A stretch of 64,000 nt of DNA, from the NCBI RefSeq assembly GCF_964204645.1, contig NC_134035.1:9518451-9582450 (forward strand). The letters are read 5' to 3'. Each line of letters begins with the position of its first letter. Position 1 is the first letter of the stretch. The position numbers were made by a program, and so were the translations under genes. Of this stretch, positions 1-11,720 are shown one piece after another. Source of the DNA: Tubulanus polymorphus. Taxonomy: Eukaryota > Animalia > Nemertea. The notes below the pieces were generated by a model. It ran no database searches. It saw only the letters and a list, made by a program, of their open reading frames with translations, and was not told the origin of the DNA.

Positions 1-76
1 AACAAAATAGTTTTTCGCACTACCATGGCAAACAGACGCGTAATGTGGTGATAGTGGGCTTTAGCAAGGTTTACTA

Positions 77-400
77 CATCCTCCCTCGGCAGGGATTCGA
101 ACCTGATGGCATCGCTAAACTCAGCCACGGCATGAACCCCTGCCACAGTAGACCGGGTGCGCAGGTATGCGCAGCTTTGCCACACGAAAACTTGCGGCAC
201 CAATCAGCTTGCTCGTTGTATAAGCGCCGAGGTAAATTTCACGGAAGAACTATAAATGGGAAATCCCGGGCTAAAATAAAATGGGATATCTGATTGGCTA
301 ATAATGACATCATCTAAGCTGCGCGTGTAGCTGCGCACTCGGTCTAGTGTGGCAGGTTTCGTACCGTGCCATCAGGTTCTAATCCCTGCCGGGGAGGATG
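77..400. mobile_element. Non-autonomous TIR element (Mutator-like MITE, CATCCTC... family)
   Basis: TIRs catcctccctcggcagggattcgaacctgatggca / tgccatcaggttctaatccctgccggggaggatg; perfect 9-bp TSD ggtttacta (68-76, 401-409). Confidence 0.9.
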
Positions 401-700
401 GGTTTACTAATGCGTTAGTTAATAATTTCTTCTAGACAATTCAGTTGAAATCAACTCAACTTTTCCAGTTAGTTTCAGTTTGATTATCAATGAAAAATCT
501 TCCAAACACCTAACTGAAATACCGCCTTATCTGGTGTTGTAGCATGTATGATAATATACCGGTGTGTTTGGATTCCTGGGCATAAAAATTCAATTAAAAG
601 TTGATGAAAGGATTTTAACAACCGACGTAAAACTGACCGTTACGCCATCTGGTGGTCTATGTCAATACGCTATTTAACTACTTTTTGTATTCGAAATGAT

Positions 701-930
701 CAGGGTTCTTACTGATCAGGGAATCCAAAATCAAACCCTGATATTTCCCTGACCCGATCAAAAATTCCCCGATTAGAAACCTTGGTGGGATTCTGTTTTT
801 TTTCTCAAGAAGTTCCTTGTGCCACACTCGACACCGGCGAAAACAAGAAACCAAATTTGTTGCATTTCCCTGATTTTCAGGAAAAGGGTAGGAATTCCTG
901 GATTTTTCCTGATCTGTAAAGGAAACCACG
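701..930. mobile_element. MITE with CAGGGTT termini, in Zalpha-gene intron
   Basis: cagggttcttactgatcagg ... cctgatctgtaaaggaaacc imperfect TIRs; internal ttccctga/ttccccga motifs also seen at ~38470-38510. Confidence 0.55.
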
Positions 931-1044
931 AATGTCTGACCCAATTCTTTGAATATTTGAAATGACCCAACTATGCGACGTCGACGAAAATTAGTAAAGA
1001 ACCGAACAGAAAAATAGAAAATGCCGGAGATGACTTGAACTTAC

Positions 1045-2271
1045 TTGGATAACGAGTTGTCGTCGCTTCAATTGGTTCAAAGTTCGATTGACCAAAGAAT
1101 GGTTCGTTTGACCGAGGGACGAGGCTATATAAGGAGTTTTATAAGGGCCTTTGCTTTTACCGAGGAATACCAAGATCTTTTCGCCCAAATCGCCGGTTCT
1201 GTCCTAGAAAATAATCACAAATCAGCACTCACTCATTGACCGCGAATAAAATAAAAACCGTCACACTGATAAATCATTGAAAATTAAAACCCGATTGAAC
1301 TTAGAACTGCTGTAAGAATTGCCCTAGTTTTAGTTTACAAACTGTCTACAGTTACGGGAGTCTATACTATATCTACGTACGCGTTAGTGTGAAAGAATAG
1401 GGTTTTTTTAAGGTAAGGTAGGGCTATAAATGAATTAAATTACATCAAGCCTGCAGTTCTATGCTCTGCGGCTCAGTGGTTAAAAAAGCACAGGAATAAC
1501 ACCAGATATTTTTCCCTTGGTTTCGAATCTAAGGCAAGTCAGAATTCTACTTCTGCATTGCGCATGCGCTAACCAGACTCCCGTAACTGTGGCTGTTGCA
1601 CTCCATTTACAGACTCCTGTAACCAAAGCCACGACCTTCCACATCTATCGAGCAATACGTGCGGATTCGAGCTCACTTTTATATAGGGCCTACCCGAGAT
1701 ATAACATATAGGCCTATGACATGAACACCTATTTTCGGATCAGTTTATCGCTATCAAAAGCAAAAAACCCCTTCTTCAGCACACCATGTCGATTAAAGCA
1801 ATATTTTGAATAATTTCGAACAACTTTAACTGGCTTCAAATTTTAAGGCACAGTTTACTTTCACTTTCGTTTTCAAATTGACTCATGATTTCCACTTTCC
1901 CTTTCATCATTTCTACGCTTTCATACCTTGCTTTGGTGAAATTTCGGTCCATTATTTCGATTGGCGTACTGCATCGAACTATTCTGAGAAGGAGGAAAAC
2001 CTGTAGCGTCACGGGAAGCGCTTTCACAACGCCGAAATTGTTGTTGTTGCTGTCCCTGATTCGTGAGACACCATATCGGAGGAGTATCTTGTATTTTCTG
2101 GCAAATATCTCGTCGTTTTAGTTCATAAAGCGATTGATTTATTGTTTTCTTATTGCACTTTACATGTCTGACGATGTCTTTTAACTCCCACGGTGTGTTA
2201 TTCGCCGACGAGAACAGTTCTAAGATCCGATTTTGGATTTCGTTGAACTGGTGCTCCGCAGCGGCAGCCAT
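1045..2271 (-). CDS. Zalpha-domain (Z-DNA/Z-RNA-binding) protein, 5' part: exon 2271-1927 (Zalpha) + exon 1203-1045 (second, Zbeta-like winged helix); remainder probably beyond window start
   Basis: Exon 1 encodes ...KKTINQSLYELKRRDICQKIQDTPPIWCL..., matching the ADAR1 Zalpha signature KKEINRVLY...TPPLW. Donor AAG|gtatga at 1927/1926 (phase 0) joins acceptor ctag|GAC at 1204/1203 in frame: DRTGDLGEKILVFLGKSKGPYKTPYIASSLGQTNHSLVNRTLNQLKRRQLVIQ, then donor CAA|gtaagt at 1045/1044. Confidence 0.85.
1320..1630. mobile_element. Element of similar architecture to 3404-3856, in Zalpha intron 1
   Basis: Inverted repeat acagttacgggagtct / agactcccgtaactgt, ggtaaggtaggg tract, tRNA-like gcggctcagtggtta...ggtttcgaatc, gcgcatgcg motif. 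Confidence 0.5.
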
Positions 2272-2656
2272 TTTTAGAGTCCATACGACCTTGGCCTGAC
2301 ATCCTCGCTTGCCAGGGTCTTACGGTCAATATCAAAGAAAACTTTATTCAGATCGTTGATATGTAACGCCGGATTGCGCCATCAGATGCGTTCAATAAAT
2401 AAATAGAAAAAATTATAGAAAGTCCGCTATACCGGAGCAAAGCGGTCCAAAAGCACTACGCCAATTATTCAATAAAGAATCTTTTATGAGTTTTGACTTT
2501 TCGTACATTAACAGTCTTTACTTTCTTGAAGATTCCAGAAACCCGAAACGAACGATCACATTGGCAAGAGCATGGTTTTCATAAGAATGAATTCTTTGAA
2601 TATTGCGTCAAAAACTCAATCTAACGAAAAGTATGGCAGAGAAGACTGCCCAAGAC

Positions 2657-2752
2657 CATCCTCGCTTGCCAGGGGTCCGGTATCACTCCCGAACTCGCTT
2701 CCACCAGCGGAACAGAGCGTAGTGGGTTCGAATCCCTTGACGGGTGAAGATG
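2657..2752. mobile_element. 96-bp mini-element of the CATCCTC family
   Basis: Starts catcctcgcttgccaggg, ends cccttgacgggtgaagatg; perfect 9-bp TSD gcccaagac (2648-2656, 2753-2761). A further terminus catcctcgcttgccaggg starts at 2300. Confidence 0.85.
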
Positions 2753-3403
2753 GCCCAAGACCTGCAACGGACTGTTTTCCGGTAGGGAGGTGCGGCAGAA
2801 TTGGACAGGCAACCAGTCTAGCGCGGCGGCGCGGGAATCGCCCTATCTATGACGCAATACAATATCAAAATGGCGTGCTTTACCATAACATGAAAAGCAA
2901 AAACCTCACCTAATAAATTACAAACATTGCCACCCCTTTCAGACCCCTGAAATCAGTATTTCAATATTTGGTAAGTGTTCGTAACATTGGTTTAAATGGC
3001 TAAAAATATTCCGTCCCAGATATAATGGGTAATCATTATTTCAGAGGCACAAGTAAGTAACGCGAACGCTGCACGTGTAAGCTACAATACAAGTTACAGC
3101 AAGGTGGTGGCGCTCAGCCAAGCATATCGTCATTCCTTCCATCCTGATATTTCTAGACCGCGATGGGCTTCACCCCGGTGTGTTGTTATGAATTTGTTCT
3201 AAAATGATTCCATCGACTGATTACGTCGTAAGTTTATTTCATCATTAAAAATGTTGTCTTCATCGGCTTCAAGATAATATATAAACTGTTCAGGCGCGTT
3301 GGAAGTAATTTTTGGTTGCTGCGGCCAAATACCGATTTTGGACAGGTTCTAAATATTCTAAATTAATTTTCTTCAAAAACCTGGTATTCAAAGAAACAAA
3401 AAC

Positions 3404-3856
3404 AAAGTGGCTATATTTACGGCGTCGTAAAGCGGCCGTAAATTCTATATTTACAACGGTTTTATATTGAATTTAGGATTATGGGCTAGAGAAGAGAGGA
3501 TAAGTGTCAAGAGGGTGAGAAGAGGGTCCAGAGGGTTAGGGTTAGGGTAAGAGTCCGTTTTGCTCCCTAGGGATAGGATTAGGGTAAGGTGAGGCTATAT
3601 TTAGTTAAAACATTCGACCGGTTTCCAACGAGCTCGGTGGTCTAGAGGTATTATGCTGCGCTAGTAATTAACTGGCCCGGGTTTGAGTTTCGCTCTATCC
3701 GCTCTATTTTCGCTAACTCGATTCTCCACACTTGCCTTGAATTTTCTAATTCGCACACCCTAGTGCGCATGCGTAACGTGAATTAGCCAATCACAATGAA
3801 ACGTCGTAAATATAGCTAGTGTCGTCCGTTTACGGCGTCGTTAAAATAGCCTGCGC
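3404..3856. mobile_element. Interspersed element with subterminal inverted repeats, internal ggttagg repeats and a tRNA-like A/B-box segment
   Basis: ggctatatttacggcgtcgtaaa ... tttacggcgtcgttaaaatagcc; gggttagggttagggtaa at ~3533; gctcggtggtctagagg...ccgggtttgag at ~3632-3690; flanked by direct repeat gaaacaaaaac (3393-3403, 3857-3867). Confidence 0.65.
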
Positions 3857-4149
3857 GAAACAAAAACGTCCAGTAAATTATTGCCGCAGCTTTCGCTGCT
3901 GCAGTCACTACGGTTCCAACACCGTTCATGTTTCTTCATTACTTTCTTTCTTATATTTCATGTTCAACTCTAGATGCAAAACCTAAACTGTGGATAGGAA
4001 AACCCCGTGAATTAATGAACTGCAGATTGAAGCGAACAATTTAATTAGTAAGTTCAAATTTTAAATTCGATATTTCTGCAGTTATTTCTAAGGAAAGAAA
4101 ACATTCTTAGATTTGTCTATTATAGGTATCACTTCAACATGTTCAATGG

Positions 4150-4435
4150 GAATTTTGATTCAGCGCAGGATGACAAGGAACCACTCTTGGATTCTGCACA
4201 GGACAACAGGAAGCAGTGTTTGACAATCAGACTTTTTTGGTTTCGCACCGGACATCAGGAATCACTCGTGGATTCTTCACGGGACATCTAGGAATCAGTG
4301 TTTCACAATCAGACTTTTTTGTATCCAGCACGGAACATCAGGAATCACTCTTGGATTCTGCATAGGTCAACAAGAAGGAATCAGTGTTTCACAATCAGAC
4401 TTTTTTGGATTCAGCTCATGACATCAGGAGTCACT
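4150..4435 (+). repeat. Degenerate tandem repeat (~70-bp unit built of ~25-bp subunits)
   Basis: Three copies of cagtgttt(g/c)acaatcagacttttt and repeated ggaatcactc..ggattc. Confidence 0.75.
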
Positions 4436-4984
4436 AAATGTGGAATTTCAAGATAAGTTACATTTATCTTTATCGGTTGTTGACTTGATTTTAAGGGACC
4501 AGTTTCATAGTGTTTGATATAAACCATGTTTTGAAATGAAATCACAGAAACCTGTTGCATTTATTCAATCATTTCAAATTTCTCAATATCGGTGAATATT
4601 TGGCTAGGATAAGTTCGTGGTTGGGATTGTTATTTCAGTAAGCGGATTTAAAGGTTTTCTAAATTGCTATCAACTCAAATGTTATTTCTAATCAATATGA
4701 AACTGGTTCCTGATGTCAATAATACAACTGTTATCAATCATGTTCTTTCATGACAATCAAATCATGTATATATCTTGAGAGTGCGAATTTCTGTAGATTA
4801 AACTGCTGTACTTATTTCATACCGATTGAACAGTTACAGATACATGTAACATTGTGTACACATACAGAGTACAGATCACTGCATTACTTCATCCTATGAT
4901 TGAACAGTGATTCAATGTCCTCTCATCTTCACTAGATTCCCATCCGTCTAACTAAAACATCATTACATTTTAACTCATCTAACC

Positions 4985-5285
4985 GCGGGGTTTGGGGAGG
5001 ATTGGTAGGGTTGGGGGGAGGGAAGGGGTAGGGTTGGGGGAGGGAAAGGGTAGGGTTGGGGGAGGGAAGGGGTAGGGTTGGGGGAGGGAAGGGGTAGAGG
5101 GAGGACGGGAGGGATGGGGTAAGGGAGGACGGGAGGGATGGGTTCTGGGAGTGAGGGTGGGATGTAGGGGTGGGGCGGTAGGGGTATGGTGGAGTGGAGA
5201 GAATGGGTGGTGGTAGGACATTGGAGGGAGGGGTACGGGTGAGGGGTTTAGGTAGTATAGGGTGTACGGTCTAGGTTGGGGTGGT
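4985..5285 (+). repeat. G-rich minisatellite (ggggtagggttgggggagggaa-type), G-quadruplex-prone
   Basis: Dozens of G3-G6 runs with short loops. Confidence 0.9.
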
Positions 5286-7625
5286 TTAGTCAATAGTCTT
5301 GAAGTTCAGGATATTTCAGAAAATGTGTCCCATCTTTTTATTATTCTAAGTAACGACTAATCATTATGAAACACATCATGCGGCCACACGTGACTGCAAC
5401 ATGTCATGTTTCATGCTCCACCAGCCAATTGGACTAGTTCTATTTTACTGGTTATTATTTCTAATGAGACCCGGTTTCGATTCCCGGTGAGTGCGCATGT
5501 AATTACACCGTCACTTCTCTCAATCATTATGAGATAATTGCTCCAAGATTTTTGAATTGGGACGTTTCAATTCTTTGGGCCATTATTTTAGGTGTTGAAT
5601 GATCACAAACTGCTCCTTGGCTCTGATCAAAATACAGCTTAATGAACATTCAATGCAACAACAATCATACGTAATAATTACTGTTGATATCTGACAGTTG
5701 ATACTGCTTCTTTTTGAATACATTTCCTGCTGAAAGATGTATTCTATTTTCTTCTCTGCTATTTTAGAAACCGCTGTAAATACTGGTTCTAGTTAAAAAA
5801 CTTATAGCCTGACGACTTTATTGACGAGAGTCGAGATGCAGTCACATTCATTGCTGCTTCCTCTTTTTCTGCAGATTCTTAGAAAAGACAAAGACCTAAG
5901 CTCTTCATTTTTTGAAGAAGAGTAATGGTACTCATTATAGAAAAGTGATATGTTTTGTAATCACTATGTATGGATTTTCAGACACACTTCATTTGCGGGA
6001 TCAGCAGTACATGGCACAGTATATCACCATTCATAGATAGATATCCTTAATAATTAGTTAAATCCTTTTCGAAAAGAAAGGACACATTTTCTGAAATAGA
6101 CTTTACAATTTATAGGTGGGACATAGATTGATACGGAGAGACTATTCTATTATTATATTCAGGATATTCTATTGATGACCGTATATTTCTACCTGTGACT
6201 GATAATTCTATTCTAGACGCGATTTAAGGGACTGCGAACTAATTATACTTAAATCGGGAAATATTTTACTGAATTTAAAAGTTGTAATAAGTTGAAAACA
6301 ATATATTCAACCAGATGTAGTTGTAGTTTTCACAGGCTACCGCGACCTTCCTACTACATTGAGACTTTGATAAAGCGTATTATGCATTAGTAGTAGTTAG
6401 ACATTATCTAAGATTATTTAACTGTGTTTGAAGTGAACTGAACGGTACGCAATAATCTTACCGTTATGGATAGATGGCGAATCTGATTTACAGCCGGGGC
6501 TTGACTGCGATTCAATAAAGATTCGTTGCTCTAGCGTACAGTAAAAATCCCCTAGAATTGAAACCAGCCCGCGATGCTATTGGTCTGTTTAGTCTGCCAA
6601 TGCGTGAATCTTCAGCACGATAAATCAATTCAATACGGATTTCATTGTTTCGAAGATAGCAGAATCATTAACGCAGAAAACCCGTTATCGCTGCTTTGCA
6701 GCTATATTTATCATTCCTGACTACTAGAATAGAGTAGAACGTTGAATACAGATTATCGTCACAACATAGGGAGAAGATATCTAGTGTATTTTGCCATTTT
6801 TCACGATCGCATCAGTTTTTAAAAGTCATTTCATCCTCCGCTGTAATTTAAAATTTTATCGTTGCTCAATCAATTTGTTAGTTTATGATACCTTTTAGAC
6901 TTCGATCAATGTATTATTTTATACGTAGACTCAAATTAGTGAATTATCCCATTCAGTGCGTACGTAAATCTTGACTTTATACAAGTGATGGGTGATTCGT
7001 CCAATTCCCCGATTCAAAATATGCAACACTCAATTTCTCATGTTACGTATGTTTGTTTTGGTACAGCAGTGACAATTTAACGGTTAAAAACTGCTCCACG
7101 CATGAAAATTCATCTCCAGTGCAGCCTTTAATAGTTACTGAACTATGGTAATGAACCAAACTGCTTATCAAACCAGGGCCATAAAACTGAATTGCCTTTA
7201 ATGAAGGCCATTGAGCCAAATTTATTCTCATGTTATCAAACCAAGGCCATGAGCTATTTTACCCTGCGTGGTCACCAAATCAGAACCATAGACCAAACTT
7301 AAACTCTTTGGTCACCAAAACAGGGCCATGAATGAAAAGTTGTACAAGTTATTTGTGTTGCCTTCAGAACTCTGTATTTGAGAATGAAATGATTAATGTG
7401 GAACTAATGACGTAGTTAATGGAAGATTCATCTGTATCAGTGTTGCTGCTGGTGCAACTAACACAATTTTTTGCTGTTTGTCTCTAAAAGATTAAACTTG
7501 ATCCCAGCCGGAACTGATGAGAGTTCTAGTGAGACGACAAATGAGGAAAAGCCATATGAAAAGAAAAAATATAAAGCTAATGCGTAAGCTTCTACAACCA
7601 CAAAATAAAACAGCATTAAATGCTG

Positions 7626-7815
7626 ATAAAGAGTGGGGTCCGAGAGCAATTCAAAGGTTTAGCGTCCTGCACGCTTAGCGAGCGGGCAGGGGTCTATACC
7701 TACCTCGACTCAAAAAAGAAAATGAAATATAAAGAGTGGGGTCCGAGAGCAATTCGAAGGTTTAGTGTCCTGCACGCTTAGAGGGCGGGCAGGGGTCTAT
7801 ACCTACCTCGACTCA
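7626..7815 (+). repeat. Tandem duplication of ~87 bp
   Basis: ataaagagtggggtccgagagcaattc...ggggtctatacctacctcgactcaa at 7626-7712 and 7729-7815. Confidence 0.9.
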
Positions 7816-8739
7816 AGCGCTAAAAGTCAGAGAAAATAGTAAAAACGAAAAATGGCAAATGAAGGAAAATGGCTGGAGTTCGATTTGTTCCACTGGGTTC
7901 AAGTGTTAACTTGAAAAGACAATCAAATTAGAGTCAAACAGATTATTTATGACATATATTTTGTCAGCATCAGCAGTTCATAATCATTGATTAATGAATC
8001 TTTTGAATAAGATTCCATAAAACAACTTGCTTATATAAAACCTCTAGTAGAGAGTATAGAAATATCTAATCTAACTATCAACTGTCATTGGTCCACAACG
8101 GTTTCATAATAAGAGTGACAACGTTGAATTTGTGAAGCAACATAAATAGAGTTAATTGATTAATTTTGATCTCAGCCATCATTCTTGTCCTTGGTTTGTG
8201 TTTGGCCTTCTCACAACATTTTTTGAGTGTGGAGGTTTGGTTTGGGCTTTTTTCCTTGGTTCGGGTGAACCCTCCGTATACCCCCCCCTACCTTACAACA
8301 TTATTGATTAAGTTCCTCGGGTTTGGTTTGATGTTTTGGAGATGAAACCTCTACAACTCAAACTCGCATCATTTGATGAAATGAAATCTGTTTACGGATG
8401 ACTGCTGCAAAATACCGTGAAACTGTGATATATCGTGAATGCTTATTGGAGGGAGCAGAAATAATAGGAATAATTTCTATGAATTCGATGAAAATTGATA
8501 AAGAAATCATCTGTAAAATTCAAGCCATGTGATTTTCAAGTCCACACTAGACATATGATCATTTGAGTGCCGTCAAAATTGTAGAAAAGGATCTGCTAGT
8601 CCCGTCAATGATGCAATTGATTTAAGGATTTCAATTTATATATGAAATTGATATGATCGTGAAAAATGGCAAATCGCTTTGTAGTTATTGTACAGATGAG
8701 CGGTGTCTGAGGAGAGAGTTGATGAGTTGATGAGACATG

Positions 8740-9045
8740 ATGGGAGGGCATTGAGGGAGGGCTAGGTGGGAGGGCATTGAGGGATGGGGTGAGGGATGGG
8801 GAAAGGGAGGGTCGGGGTGAGGGTGGGCGGGAGGGAAGGGGTCCGGGAGGGCGGGAGGGAAGAATCCGGGAGGGCGGGAGGGATGGGCTCCAGGAGGGCG
8901 GGAGGGAAGGGGTCCGGGAGGGCGGGAGGGAAGGGATCCGGGAGGGAAGGGCTCCGGGAGGGCGGGAGGGAAGGGGTCCAGGAGGGCGGGAAGGATGGGA
9001 TCCGGGAGGGCGGGAGGGATGGGGTCTGGGAGGGTCGGGTCGGGA
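8740..9045 (+). repeat. G-rich minisatellite (ccgggagggcgggagggaagggg-type), G-quadruplex-prone
   Basis: ~24-bp G-rich unit repeated. Confidence 0.9.
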
Positions 9046-9319
9046 GGTTAGGTGAGTTGAAATGTTCTGATGTTTTAGTTAGACAGATGGGAATCTAGTG
9101 AAGATGAATCACTTTTCAATCACAGGATGAAGTAATGCAGTGATCTGTACTCTGTATCTGTACACAATGTTACATGTATCTGTTACTGTTCCATCAGTAT
9201 GATTGAAATAAGTACAGCAGTTTAATCTACAGAAATCCTGTACTGTTTCTGTCTGATTGATTGATAATTTTGAGATGTTACATTCTGCTCTATTGTCACT
9301 GATTATTGTTTCGTTTTCT

Positions 9320-11720
9320 TTTCAGAATGAAATAAATGCAATAGAATTTACTATTTAAACAGGCTCATTTAAAAGTTAAGTACAACACTTTTCATGAATT
9401 TCTCTACAGTCTCTGTTATTGTTTTACTCATTTTACTCAAACTCGTCATTTACAGGATGAGATACACACTGCAAGCAGCAGCAGGTAAAACCTGCCAGGA
9501 ATTTTTTTTTTTAGAGAACTGTTCTATATGAATTATTCTATCTGTTTATGTTGCCAGCATTCAATCACTCAAAGATCACTGCTTAGTTTGAGGTGGGTTT
9601 TCGATCGTTAAAACTCATTTATGTCCTGATCAAAGTTGAAATTATCAAGATCTTTATGTTTTCCATACATATATTCAGTGAACAGAGCGATGGAGGTTTT
9701 GGCACCCAACAATCGACCTCAAACTGCTGGCTTAACCCTTTCAGTGCTTCTACACCGCAGTGCGGTGTATGAATCGGTGATGGATTTTGCTAGTACACTG
9801 CACTGCGGTGTATTGATGTAATTAGTAATTAGTAATTATCTCTATTGAAAAATGGCAGCACCTGTCTAACATAGTGAAATACTAGTAACTAACGATACAC
9901 CGCGCCGCGGTGTAGACGCACTATAGTGGTATTCCTGTTATTCAACACACTAGGGTGGAATTTTTGAAATTTTCAAATTATCTCCAGCACTTTAGGGTAT
10001 TAATAAGTCAGCACTGAAAGGGTTAAAAACATTGATGAAAATGGTAAGTTTTTGATTTGGTGTGAAACTGCTCTTATTTCATAACAACTTAACTGACAAT
10101 TTCTAACATTTGTTTTTAGGAGCTGAAATAAGTGGAACCCTTGACAGAATCTGTGAACAGTAAATATTGGGAATTCACTTCACATTTGTGAAAGATGGAC
10201 ATTGCTTTAGATCCTCAAAACAAAAACGTTACCGGTGAATATCTCTACAGATTCTAGTCTCTGTTTGACTGTAACTTTATAAACTCATTTCCTGATTAGA
10301 AGCTACGTTAATCAGCAAAGGCGAATTTTCAATCACTTCTATTCTAGTCAAAGTTCAGATCATCAAAATTATTCAACTTTTGTATTCAAGGGCCCAAAAT
10401 GAAGCTGAACTTGCAGTAAACATTGTGCTCTACAAATCAAACAAGTCAGAAGTGGTGAGTTTTATATCGCTTTATTCAGTACTTTGTGGTTTTCCTCAAA
10501 TCAAGTCCAGAAAATGATGTGTTCTTGATCGGTCAATGTTGGCAGCTATCAACGCTTTACTAGAGGACGCAGCTTAAACCTTCGATCAAACACCTCAGAA
10601 ATCTGCATACACTCAACACATTGTGATAAACTACTCGTTAAACCTGGTGGGTTTTCTGTAAATCGAATACAAACAAATTGCAGTGTCTATTTATTTCATT
10701 GACTATTTTCTGGCATATTTTTTCCTTCCAGAATGCAACACTAATTGGAGCTGGAGAAATTAAGAATATTTACCTTCAAAGAGTGAAGAACCTCTATTTG
10801 TTGCTAAGCTGCTATTCTTTTAAGAAACTAAGTATATTTCTCTATACCTGATTCTAGCTTGTTATAAAACTTAACAGCTCAATTATTTGTATTTGTTTAT
10901 TTTCTCAGAAAATCATCAGTTCTCTTAACTTAATGACATAATGACTCTTGGAAGTGAAATCCTGCTAGATGGCACTGAGCTAATCCGATACAAGTTTAGA
11001 AATGGTGAGTTTTTCATCACTCCACTGTGCTCTAATTTGATAATATTCGAACAATCGTTTATTTTGTACAGAATTTTTGTGTGATTCTCCGGAAAGAAGT
11101 GCGGCTGCTGCTGAAGCTAAAGCTGATACTGATGCTGATGCTGATCCTGAATCAATTCTGCTCAACACAAGTTTTGAAATGATTGATTTTCTAATGGAAT
11201 TTAGCCCCAATTTCTGACTGCTATAATTTTCTTAATACGTTGCTAATTCTTCTCATAGTATAATGATTTATTGCAGCATGAAATTTATCCAATAGAACAA
11301 TTTGAAAACTGATCAAAGATTGAATAATGGTGTTGAATTATCTAGAATTATAAGGTAATCATAAAGTTCTAGTTTCCGAAATATTTCATAAAAACAATTC
11401 TCACTTGACTGTTAATTCAATCGAACATTTTCAATGACATATTTGCAGATGCAAGTTTTCTCTCTTATTCTAGGACGAAGTGGGGACCAATATGCCATTT
11501 GACACGGATAGGGACCAGCCATCTACCTGGAGATATGCTGCCACTTATTTCCGAGATGTGTAATTTTAAAGTTTAAAGTCAAATATATGATCGGTATTAT
11601 ATTGTGCTGGCCGACACGGGCAGGCGACTGTTATTCTGGTTGTGATGGTTTCATGGACTGCGTGTCACATATCCATCAAAACAATAGTGTTTTCCCCTGA
11701 TTTGTCTTTCAAAGCTGTAA
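9320..11720 (+). pseudogene. Decayed multi-exon gene remnant (possibly transposon-borne), with a PHD-finger-like trace at the 3' end
   Basis: Series of AG..GT-bounded exon-like blocks, e.g. 10732-10828 NATLIGAGEIKNIYLQKSEEPLFVAKLLFF*, and ...DGTELIRYKFRN G|gtgagt (~11003) joined in phase to acag|AA EFLCDSPERSAAAAEAKAD..., interrupted by stops and frameshifts. Around 11635-11665, TGTGATGGTTTCATGGACTGCGTG resembles a frameshifted C-D-x-W-F-H-x-x-C-V. Confidence 0.35.
9736..10022. mobile_element. piggyBac-like MITE
   Basis: TTAA|ccctttcagtgct ... agcactgaaaggg|TTAA; internal palindromes tacaccgcagtgcggtgta and tacaccgcgccgcggtgta. Confidence 0.85.

Noticed and set aside
773-913. Possible third (terminal) exon of the Zalpha gene: in-frame acceptor tttacag|ATC giving IRKNPGIPTLF…*
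   Set aside because: Lies inside a MITE (701-930) and lacks the P-P-x-W wing; only RNA-seq could show exonisation.
3533-3600. Telomere-like TTAGGG repeats
   Set aside because: Only two or three units, internal to an interspersed element.
4150-4435. CRISPR-like repeat-spacer pattern
   Set aside because: Eukaryotic context, the 'spacers' resemble each other, and there are no cas genes.
4979-5293. Pro-rich ORF, and the Gly/Arg-rich ORFs at 8777-9098
   Set aside because: Translations of G-rich minisatellites.
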